From: Leucoraja ocellata
Taxonomy: Eukaryota
DNA length: 64,000 nucleotides
Direction of reading: 5' to 3'
Assembly (NCBI GenBank): GCA_036785375.1
Contig: JAWMAR010000563.1
Span: 1,054,001-1,118,000 of the forward strand
Both the position numbers and the translations under genes were made by a program. The notes beneath the pieces are model-generated. The model had not been told where the DNA came from, searched no databases, and saw nothing but the letters and a program-made list of their open reading frames with translations. Positions 23,501 to 35,500 of this stretch are shown piece after piece (position 1 is the stretch's first letter; each line of letters starts with the position of its first letter).

Positions 23501-26500
23501 CCCCTGATCCCTTTAGCCACAAGGGCCACATCTAACTCCCTCTTAGATGTAGCCAATGAACTGGCCTCAACTACCTCTGTGCCAGAGAATTCCAGAGATT
23601 CACCACTCTCTGTGTGAAAAATGTTTTTCTCATCTCGGTCCTAACAGATTTCCCCCTTATCCTTAAACTGTGACCTCTTGTTCTGGACTTCCCCAACACC
23701 AGGAACAATCTTCCTGCATCTAGCCTGTCCAACCCCTTAAGAATTTTGTAAGTTTCTTTAAGATACCCCTCAATCTTCCAAATTCTAGCGAGTACAAGCC
23801 GCGTCTGTCCAGTCTTTCTTCATATGAAAGTCCTGACATCCCAGGAATCAGTCTGATGAACCTTCTCTGTACTCCCTTTATGGCAAGAACGTCTTTCCTC
23901 AGATTAGGAGACCAAAACTGTACGCAATACTCCAGGTGTGGTCTCACTAACCCCCTTTACAACTGCAGTAGAACCTCCCTGCTCCTATACTGAAATAGGA
24001 GGGATCATGACAGAAGCCTCCTCGTGGCGATCCCCGGAACCGACGACACGATGCACTCTGTGACGCGTCGGGCGACCAGTTCTCTCAACATGTTTGACGA
24101 CGACAGAAACCAACAGCGAAATACACACTGTCTGACACACCAGTGGATGAATCCTTGTTAGACTAATCAACTGAAGGTTACGACTTATGAAGGTTACGAT
24201 GTGATGCAAATAGTTGAATGTGCAGCACAGAAACAAGCCCTTTGACCCACCAAGTCCATGCTAACCCTTTTGGTACCTGATCTCTTTTTATCTTCCTGAT
24301 ATTTCCAATACCTACCCCTAAATGTTACTCTTTAACGACACACGGAGTAATGTATGGTGGCCTGTGAACCAAATAACTGCCATGACTTACCTTTGTGGGT
24401 GGAATATCTGAATATCATATTATTTCCACATGTTGATTGGTTAGGGCGGGCGGCACGATGGGGCAGTGATAGAGTTGCTGCCTTAAAGTGCCAGAGCCCC
24501 GGGTCCGATCCTGACTAAGGGTGCTGTTTGTAGGGAGTTTGTACGTTCTCCCCATGACCAGTGTGGGTTTTCTCCAAGATGTCCAGTTTCCTCCCACACT
24601 CCAACGACGTTCAGGTTTGTTGGTTAATAGGCTTGAAATAAATGTAAATTGTCCTTCGTGTGTAGGATAGTGTTAATGTGCTGGATTTGTGCCGACTCGT
24701 TGTGCCGAAGGGCCTGTTTCCACTCTGTATCTCTAAACTAAAATAATCTAAGTAAGCTTGACATTTAGAATCATATACAACATATAAACAGGCCCTTCAG
24801 CCCAGCTTATCTATGCTGGCCAAGATGCCCCAAATATTCTTGACCCACCTACCTACATTTTAGCTTAATTTAATTTATTATTAATGTGACGCGTACTGTT
24901 TTCCAGTGAAAATATTTCTTGTGTGCTATCCAGTCAGTGAAAAGACTACATTGCAATGAAGCCGTTCACAATCGATAGATAGAGGGTAAAGGGTGTCATG
25001 TTTAGTGCAATGTAAATCTGATTGGTGTTTTGCCGATTTCCCTCCAAACCTTTCCTATCCATAGATATTTCCATTACTAGACAATAATTGTATTTTATTT
25101 GTGTCTAGGGCCTCACACACTGATCTATTACTACACCCTGAACCACAGGAGTACTCATCTAGAAGAATATAGTTTTGTGGGTGTTCTGGACGGTTGTGAG
25201 ATACAGTATTATGACAACAACATGGACATTGCAGTCCCAAGACAGAAATGGATGGCGGCTGCATTTGACCGGAAGTACTGGGTAACAGATACGTTCACCG
25301 AAACTGGTTTCCATGGAATCATCAAAGGGCAAGTGGATGAATGGATGCGGAGGCACAACGAAACAGCAAGTTAGTTCATGCATTTCAATAAATTTGGATA
25401 GTGATCAATGTAAATAAAACAAATCTCAAAGAAATACCTCGCTGTAGCAGAGATCCAGGTTTGATCCTGATCTCGAGCAAGTTTACACATTCTCCCTGTG
25501 ACCACACATATTTCCTCCAGGTGCTCCAGTTTTGTCCTATATCTTGTAAACGTGCAGGTTTGTAGGTTAATTGGGCTCTGTAAATTACTCTCGTTGTAGT
25601 GCGGAGCTTCGGTGAGAATGTGGATAACATACTGTAGATGTGTAGGAATGAACTGCAGATGCTGGTTTACAGCAAAGATAGACACAAAATGCTGGAGTAA
25701 CTCAGCGGGACAGGCAGCATCTCTGGATAGAAGGTATAGTTTTGGGTCGAGACCCTTCCTCAGACATCACCCATACCTTCTATCCAGAGATGCTGCCTGT
25801 TCCACTGAGTGACTTCAGAATTATGAATTGATGATCGATGGTCGGCATGGACCGTTTCCATGCTGTGTCCAACCTAATTAATAACTGCAAATGCTGGAAA
25901 TGTGAAATAAAAAACAAAATGTCAGTGGAGGAGGGGAGGGGGTGTGGTGTGAGGGAAGGGGAGGTGGTGGAGGGGGATAGATAGTGTGGGGGCGGATGGG
26001 GGAGGGGGTGGCGGGAGGTGGAAGATCAAAGGAGCAACTGGTGTGTGTGATACTTTATAACTTTGTTGGTGCCCTTTATGTGAAGATTCTTTGCAGAGTC
26101 AAAGTACTGTATATGAATGCGCGACGTATAAGGAATAAAGTGGATGAGCTTGAGGCTCAGTTAGAAACTGCCAAGTATGATGTTGTGGGAATTACTGAGT
26201 CATGGCTGCATGAGGGCCAGAGCTGGGAACTGAATATTCAAGGATATACCTCCTATTGGTGTGGTAAATTGGATTAGTAAGTATGCAGATGATACCAAGA
26301 TAGGGGGTGTTGTGGATAATGAAGAGGATTTCCAAAGTCTACAGAGTTATTTTGGCCATTTGGAAGAATGGGCTGAAAGATGGCAGATGGAGTTTAATGC
26401 TGATAAATGTGAGGTGCGACACCTTGGCAGGACAAATCAAAATAGGACATACATGGTAAATGGTAGGGAATTGAAGAATACAGTTGAACAGAGGGATATG

Positions 26501-29500
26501 GGTATAACCATGCATAGTTCCTTGAAGGTGGAATCTCATATAGATAGGGTGGTAAAGAAAGCTTTTGGTATGCTAGCCTTTATAAATCAGAGCATTGAGT
26601 ATAGAAGCTGGGATGTAATGTTAAAATTGTACAAGGCATTGGTGAGACCAAATCTGGAGTATGGTGTACAATTTTGGTCGCCCAATTATAGGAAGGATGT
26701 CAACAAAATAGAGAGAGTACAGAGGAGATTTACTAGAATGTTGCGTGGGTTTCAACAACTAGTTACAGAGAAAGGTTGAATAAGTTAGGTCTTTATTCTC
26801 TGGAGCGCAGAAGGTTAAGGGGGGACTTGATAGAGGTCTTTAAAATGATGAGAGGGATAGACAGAGTTGATGTGGACAAGCTTTTCCCTTTGAGAATAGG
26901 GAAGATTCAAACAAGAGGACATGACTTCAGAATTAAGGGACAGAAGTTTAGGGGTAATATGAGGGGGAACTTCTTTACTCAGAGAGTGGTAGCGGTGTGG
27001 AATGAGCTTCCAGTGGAAGTGGTGGAGGCAGGTTCGTTGGTATCATTTAAAAATAAATTGGATAGGCATATAGATGAGAAGGGAATGGAGGGTTATGGTA
27101 TGAGTGCAGGCAGGTGGGACTAAGGGAAAAAAGGTTGTTCGGCACGGACTTGTAAGGCCGAGATGGCCTGTTTCCGTGCTGTAATTGTTATATGGTTATA
27201 TGGTTATTGAAAAGACAGACAGGTGGGCAGAGGGGGTGGGGTTGCCCTGTTGGTGAGGAATTAAATTCAGTTCCTTGCAAGGGGTGACATTGAAACAGGA
27301 GGCGTGGAGTCAGTATGGATAGAACTAAGGAACTGTAAGTGTGAAAAGACCCTAATGGGACTAATCTACATGCCCCCAAACAGTAGCCTGGAAATAGGGT
27401 GCAAGTTGAATCAGGAATTACAATTGGCATGTAGTAAAAGTAATGCTGTGGTTGTTATGGGAGATTTCAACATGCAGGTAGACTGGGAAAATCAGGTTGG
27501 TATAGGACCCCAAGAAAAGGATTTTGTAGAGTGCCTTTGTGATGGATTCATAGAGCAGCTTGTATTGGACCCTACCAGGGAGAAGGCAATTCTGGATTTA
27601 GTGGTATGTAATGAACCGGATTTGATAAAGGACCTTGAGGTTAATTAATCAAGCCATTAGGAGGCAGGGACCATAACATGGTCAGGTTTAATCTACAATT
27701 GGAGAGGGAGAAGAGTAGATTGGAGGTGTCAGTGTTGCAGTTGAGTAAAGGGGACTATTGGGCCATGAGGGAGAAGCTGGCCAAAGTTGACTAGAAAGAT
27801 ACACTAGCAGAGATGCCAGTGGAACAAAAATGGCAGGTGTTTCCAGGAATAATACAGAAGGTGCAGGATCAGTTCATTCCTAGGAGGAAGAAAGATTCCA
27901 AGGAGCGGAAGGAACGACCATGACTCACAAGGGATTAAGGGACATTATAAAAACTAAAACGATGAAGACCAAAGTTGGACCCTTGAAGACCGAAAAAGGT
28001 GAATTTATTATGGGGAACAAGGAAATGACAGATGAGTTGAACAGGTACTTTAGATCTGCCTTCACTAACCATATAACAATTACAGCACGGAAACATGCCA
28101 TCTCGACCCTTCTAGTCCGTGCCGAACACATATTCTCCCCTAGTCCCATATACCTGCGCTCAGACCATAACCTTCCATTCCCTTCCCGTCCATATAACTA
28201 TCCAATTTATTTTTAAATGATAAAAACGAACCTGCCTCCACCACCTTCACTGGAAGCTCATTCCACACAGCCACCACTCTCTGAGTAAAGAAGTTCCTCC
28301 TCATGTTACCCCTAAACTTCAGTCCCTTAATTCTCAAGTCATGTCCCCTTGTTTGAATCTTCCCTACTCTCAGTGGGAAAAGCTTTTCCACGTCAACTCT
28401 GTCTATCCCTCTCATCATTTTAAAAACCTCTATCAAGTCCCCCCTTAACCTTCTGCGCTCCAAAGAATAAAACCCGTAACTTGTTCAACCTTTCTCTGTA
28501 ACTTAGTTGCTGAAACCCAGGCAACATTCTAGTAAATCTCCTCTGCACTCTCTCTATTTTGTTGACATCCTTCCTATAATTAGGCGACCAAAATTGTACA
28601 CCATACTCCAGAATTGGTCTCACCAATGCCTTGTACAATTTTAACATCACATCCCAACATCTATACTCAATGCTCTGATTTATAAAGGCCAGCAAACCAA
28701 AAGCTTTCTTTACCACCCTATCTACATGAGATTCCATTTACCATGTACGTCCTATTTTGATTTGTCCTGCCAAGGTGAGCACCTCACACTTATAAGCATT
28801 AAACTCCATCTGCCATCTTTCAGCCCACTCTTCCAACTGGCATAAATCTCTCTGTAGACTTTGAAACTCTACTTCATTACCCGCAACCCCACCTATCTTA
28901 GTATCATCTGCATACTTACTAATCCAATTTACCACACCATCATCCAGATCATTGATGTACATGACAAACAACAGTGGACCCAACACAGATCCCTGTGACA
29001 CCCCACTCGTCACTGGCCTCCAACCTGACAAACAACCATCCACCATTACTCTCTGGCATCTCCCATTCAGCCACTGTTGAATCCACCTTGCTACTCCACC
29101 ATTAATACCCAACCATTGAACCTTCTTAACCAACCTTCCATGAGGAACCTTGACAAGGGCTTACTGAAGTCCATATACACAACATCCACTGCTTTACCCT
29201 CATCAATTTCCCAAGTAACATCTTCAAAAAATTCAAGAAGATTAGTCAAACATGACCTTCCAGGCACAAATCCATGTTGACTGTTCCTAATCAGACCCTG
29301 TTTATCCAGATGCTTATATATATTATCTCTAAGTATTATTTCCATTAATTTGCCCACCACTGACGTCAAACTAACAGGTCTATAATTGCTAGGTTTACTC
29401 TTAGACCCCTTTTTAAACAATGGAACAACATGCGCAGTACGCCAATCCCCCGGCACTATTCCCGTTTCTAATGACGCTTGAAAGATTTCTGCCATAGCCC

Positions 29501-32500
29501 CTGCTATTTCTACACTAACTTCCCTCAATGTCCTAGGGAATATCCTGTCCGGACCTGGGGACTTATCCACTTTTATATTTCTCAAAAGTGTCAGGAGGAC
29601 ACAAAGAATATTCCTGATATAGTAGTGGCCAGAGGATCTGGGGTGACAGAGGAACTGAAGGAAATCCACATTGCGCAGGAAATGGTGTTGGATGGACTGA
29701 TGGGACTGAAGGCTGATAAATCCCCAGGGGCTAATGGTCTGCATCCCAGGATACTTAAGGAAGTGGCTCTAGAAATCATGGATGCATTGTTGATAATTTT
29801 TGACTCGGGATCAGTTCCTGTGGATTGGAGGGTAGCTAATGTTATCCCACTTTTTATGAAAGGCGGGCGAGAGAAAACAGGGAATTATAGACCCGTTAGC
29901 CTGACGTCCGTGGTGGGGAAGAGTCAATTATAAAAGATGAGATAGCCGCACATTTGGATAGCAGTAACAGGATCGGTCCGAGTCAGCATGAATTTACAAA
30001 GGGGAAATCATGCTTGATTAATCTTTGGGAATTTTTTGAAGATGTAACTAAGAAAATGGACAAGGGAGAGCTAGTGGATGTAGTGTACCTGGACTTTCAG
30101 AAAGCATTTGATAAGGTACCTGGAGTAGCAATGTTACAAAATTTTGAGATTTAAAAAATCAAGTCTGCAATTTATCCCATCAGATAAAGCATAACAATAA
30201 GTTTAATTTGACACCAAATTCACTTTCATATCTCAAGTATTAAAACAGTTATGACCATTTTCATACTCGGAAATTAGCATCTTGTTCCCTATTGATTTTC
30301 AATGGACATTACAAAAAAGCTGTGATCTTGGATAGTCAAAAGCCCATTTCTTAAGGAAAGATTAACATTTTTAAATAGCCTAAGTGTCCAAAGATTATTC
30401 ACAAATAATTCACAATATAACATGATTTTTATATCTAATTTACATTAATTTATAGGCCAAATGGAAGGAATTTAGTGTTCAATTGCTGTAAATAAATGCC
30501 CATTTAAATCGGCTTTCTAGTGGGTTCATGTGGAACGCGCCGGTTTAGAACGTTGACATAGCGCTGGATCAGTGCCCTCAAGTGCCGAGAAAAATACTGC
30601 GGGATATAAAAAGCCCAAAATGAGCTATTCGTTATAGATAATTTGATATATAGGGTTATATATATGCCCCATTTAATGTAAAAATAAGGTACATACCTTT
30701 AATTGTTTGCTCTATAAAACCCTGGGGCTGCGAGAGGTTGCGAGATGAAACAGTAATTTTAAATCTATTAGAACTATATTATCGAGGCCTATAAAACTAA
30801 TAATACCTTTTGCGACCGGGTCTTGCAGCGATTTTTCGTTAATGATTTACTAGGCTGAACATGTGCGATTAGTACAGCCTAGTAAAAATCGCGTTTTAAA
30901 CCCGCCCCCTCCAAACAGCGCCAAAATCGCGGGCCTGGCTGAGGGCAGATTCCCAATGGCGATTCAGGTAGGTTTTGTAACATACCTACCTGGAGTGAGA
31001 ATTGGAAGAGCAAATATGTAAGGAGATTGCAGATATTAGTAGTAAGCACAAGGTAGTGATTGTGGGAGATTTCAATTTTCCACACATAGACTGGGAAACA
31101 CATTCTGTAAATGGGCTGGATGGGTTGGAGTTTGTAAAATGTGTGCAGGATAGTTTTTTGCAGCAATACATAGAAGTACCTACTAGAGAAGGGGCGGTAC
31201 TGGACCTCCTGTTAGAAAATGAGATGGGTCAGGTGGCAGAGGTATGCGTTGGGGAACAGTTCGGGTCCAGTGATCACAATACCATTAGTTTCAATATAAT
31301 TATGGAGAGGGACAAAACTGGACCTAGGGTTGAGATTTTTGATTGGAGAAAGGCTAACTTTGAGGAGATGCGAAAGGATTTAAAAGGAGTAAATTGGGAC
31401 AGTTTGTTTTATGGGAAAGATGTGGAAGAGAAATGGAATACATTTAAAGGTGAAATTTTAAGAGTACAGAATCTTTATGTCCCTGTTCGGTTGAAAGGAA
31501 ATCGTAAAAATTGTAAAGAGCCATGGTTTTCAAGGGAAATTGGACACTTGGTTCGGAAAAAGAGGGAGCTCTACAATAATTATAGGCAGCATGGAGTAAA
31601 TGAGGTGCTTGAGGAGTATAAAGAATGTAAAAAGAATCTTAAGAAAGATATTAGAAAATCTAAAAGAAGATATGAGGTTGCTTTGGCAAGTAAGGTAAAA
31701 GTAAATCCGAAGGGTTTCTACCGCTATATTAATAGCAAAAGGATAAAACGAGGGATAAAAAGGACAAAACGAGGGATAAAATTGGTCCATCAGAGAGTCA
31801 GAGTGGACAACTATCTGCAGAGTCAAAAGAGATGGGGGAGATATTGAACAGTTTCTTTTCTTCGGTATTCACCAAGGAGAAGGATATTGAATTATGTGAG
31901 GTAAGGGAAACAAGTAGAGTAGCTATGGAAACTATGAGGATCAAAGAAGAGGAAGTACTGACACTTTTGAGAAATATAAAAGTGAATAAGTCTCCAGGTC
32001 CGGACAGGATGTTCCCTAGGACATTGTGGGAAGTTAGTATAGAAATAGCAGGGGCTATGACAGAAATATTTCAAATGTCATTAGAAACGGGAATAGTGCC
32101 AGAGGATTGGCGTACTGCGCATGTTGTTCCATTGTTTAAAAAGGGGTCTAAGAGTAAACCTAGCAATTATAGACCTGTTAGTTTGACGTCAGTGGTGGTC
32201 AAATTAATGGAAAGGATACTTAGAGATAATATATATAAGCATCTGGATAAACAGGGTCTGATTAGGAACAGTCAACATGGATTTGTGCCTGGAAGATCAT
32301 GTTTGGCTAATCTTCTTGAATTTTTTTTAAAAGGTTACTCAGGAAATTGATGAGGGTAAAGCAGTGGATGTTGTATATATGGACTTCAGTAAGGCCTTTG
32401 ACAAGGTTCCTCACGGGAGGTTGGTTAAGAAGGTTCAATGGTTGGGGATTAATGGAGGAGTAGCAAGATGGATTCAACAGTGGCTGAATGGGAGATGCCA

Positions 32501-35500
32501 GAGAGTAATGGTGGATGGTTGTTTGTCAGGTTGGAGGCCAGTGACTGGTGGGGTGTCACAGGGATCTGTGTTGGGTCCACTGTTGTTTGTCATGTACATC
32601 AATGATCTGGATGATGGTGTGGTAAATTGGATTAGTAAGTATGCAGATGATACTAAGATAGGTGGGGTTGTGGATAATGAAGTAGATTTTCAAAGTCTAC
32701 AGAGAGATTTATGCCAGTTGGAAGAGTGGGCTGAAAGATGGCAGGTGGAGTTTAATGCTGATAAGTGTGAGGTGCTACATCTTGGCAGGACAAATCAAAA
32801 TAGGACGTACATGGTAAATGGTAGGGAATTGAAGAATGCAGGTGAACAGAGGGATCTGGGAATAACTGTGCACAGTTCCCTGAAAGTGGAATCTCATGTA
32901 GATAGGGTGGTAAAGAAAGCTTTTGGTGTGCTGGCCTTTATAAATCAGAGCATTGAGTATAGAAGTTGGGATGTAATGTTAAAATTGTACAAGGCAAAGG
33001 TTGAACAAGTTAGGGCTTTATTCTTTGGAGCGCAGAAGGTTAAGGGGGAACTTGATAGAGGTCTTTAAAATGATGAGAGGTATAGACAGAGTTGACGTGG
33101 ATAAGCTTTTCCCACTGAGAGTAGGGAAGATTCAAAGAAGGGGACATGACTTGAGAATTAAGGGACAGAAATTTAGGGGTAACATGAGGGGGAACTTCTT
33201 TACTCAGAGAGTGGTGGCGGTGTGGAATGAGCTTCCAGTGAAGGTGGTGGAGGCAGTTTCGTTTTTATCATTTAAAAATAAATTGGATAGTTATATGGAT
33301 GGGAAAGGTATGGAGGGTTATGGTCTGAATGTAGGTGTATGGGACTAGGGGAGAATTTGTTTTCGGCACGGACTAGAAGGGTCGAGATGGCCTGTTTCCG
33401 TGCTGTAATTGTTAAATGGTTATTATATGGTCCCACATAGGAGATTAGTGGGCAAAATTAGGGCACATGGTATTGGAGGTAGAGTGCTGACATGGATAGG
33501 CAATCGGTTGGCCGACAGGAAACAAAGAGTATGGATTAACGGGTCCCTTTCAGAATGGCAGGCAGTGACTAGTGGGGTACAGCAAGGCTCGGTGCTGGGA
33601 CCGCAGCTATTTACAATATACATCAATGATTTGGATGAAGGGATTCAAAGTAACATTAGCAAAGTTGCAGATGACACAAATCTGGGTGGCAATGTGTACT
33701 GTGAGGAGGATGCTATGAGAATGCAGGGTGACTTGGACAGGTTAGGGGAGTGGGCAGATGCATGGCATATGAAGTTTAATGCGGATAAATGTGAGGTTAT
33801 GCACTTTGGTAGCAAAAATAGGAAGGCAGTTTATTATCTAAATGGCGTCAAGATGGGAAAAGGGGAAGTACAACGGGATCTGGGGGTTCTTGTACATCAG
33901 TCTATGAAAGTAAGCATGCAGTTACAGCAGGCAGTGAAGAAAGTGAATGGCCATTCTAACAAGAGGAGTCGATAATAGGAGCAAAGAGGTCCTCTGCAGT
34001 TGCACAGATCCCTAGTGAGACCACACCTGGAGTATTGTGTGCAGTTTTGGTCTCCTAATTTGAGGAAGGACATTCTTGCTATTGAGGGAGTGCAGCGTAG
34101 GTTTACAAGGTTATTTCCTGGGATGGCGGGACTGTCATATGCTGAGGGAATGGAGCAGCTGGGCTTGTGCACTCTGGAGTTTAGAAGGATGAGAGGGCAT
34201 CTCATTGAAACATATAAGGTTGTTAAGGGTTTAGACATGCTTGAGACAGGAAACATGATCCCGATGTTGGGGGAGTCCAAAACCAGGGGCCACAGTTTAA
34301 GAATAAGGAGTAAGCCGTTTAGAAGGGAAACAAGGAAACACTTTTTCTCACAGAAAGTGGTGAGTCTGTGGAATTCTCTTGCTCAGAGGGCAGTGGAGGC
34401 AGGTTCTCTGGATGCTTTGAAGAGAGAGCTGGCCAGGGCTCTTAAAAATAGCAGAGTCGGGGATATGGGGAGAAGGCAGGAACGGGGTACTGATTGGGGA
34501 CGATCAGCCATGATCACATTGAATGGCGGTGCTGGCTCGAAGGGCCGAATGGCCTACTCCTGCACCTATTGTCTATTGTCATACCTTGGGTATTCATTAG
34601 GACCACATATTCATGATTCATGATTAATTACTTTTTAAAACATTGCTTTTTGTTACCTCTTTGGTTACACATTAAACAAATTATATTTAATCTTTAACCC
34701 TGGGACAGGTTAAGGTGTGTACAATACCTCAAAATATTATGCGCTGGGCATAATTTCTATCAATTTTCCATGCAATATTTATTATTATATTTTCTTGCAA
34801 TAGTTATTATTATTTTCAAATTACATGTGAATTAACGTGAATGACATTGATGGGATTATCGTCAGATTCATTGAACCATGTTTATCGAATCATATTGCCG
34901 TCAAAAATAAGATTTTTTTATTTGCATTAATCATGGTGCTCATATTATCTGCAACATTGTTATGTTTATGAGATTTATGAGCATATTGCTGGGGCTCCAG
35001 GGTGTGAACAAGAGGGAGAGATAGGGCAAGCCAGGGCTTTATTCCATGGAGCACAGGAGGCTAAGGGTGATCATATTACTAAGGGTAATACTAAGGGTGT
35101 ACCAGTTTTTATACCTTAACCTGTCCCAGGGTTAAAGATTAAATATAATTTGTTTAATGTGTAACCAAAGAGGTAACAAAAAGCAATGTTTTAAAAAGTA
35201 ATTAATTATGAATCATGAATATGTGGTCATACTAAGGGTGGACTTACCTGGAGCTGTGAGTATAAAAACAGCGCGGGGCTTGCTTTCTACAGAGGCCCGG
35301 GGAGCCGTTGGTGCGAGGAGGATTTACCTGGAGCTGTGAGTATAAAAACAGCGCGGGGCTTGCTTTCTACAGAGGCCCGGGGAGCCGTTGGTGAGAGGAG
35401 GACTTACCTGGAGCTGTGAGTTGCCCAAATCACCAACGTTCCATCTCACTTCCAGAGAAAGATTCTGATTCTGGTGGAAGCCTCTGATTGGTGGAAGAGG

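Larger units (their letters stand above)
26095..34580 (+). mobile_element. Host CR1-A ORF2 (APE + RT) split into four pieces by younger insertions
   Basis: Collinear pieces ~26095-26257 ([17 protein letters not shown]), ~27205-28067 (GGGVAL, GDFN), ~29593-30116 ([19 protein letters not shown]), ~33427-34580 (PHRRL, QGSVLGP, tail). Confidence 0.88.

Noticed and set aside
25061-25080. Acceptor at 25064/25065 paired with the phase-2 leader donor
   Set aside because: Gives an in-frame TAG at 25078-25080.
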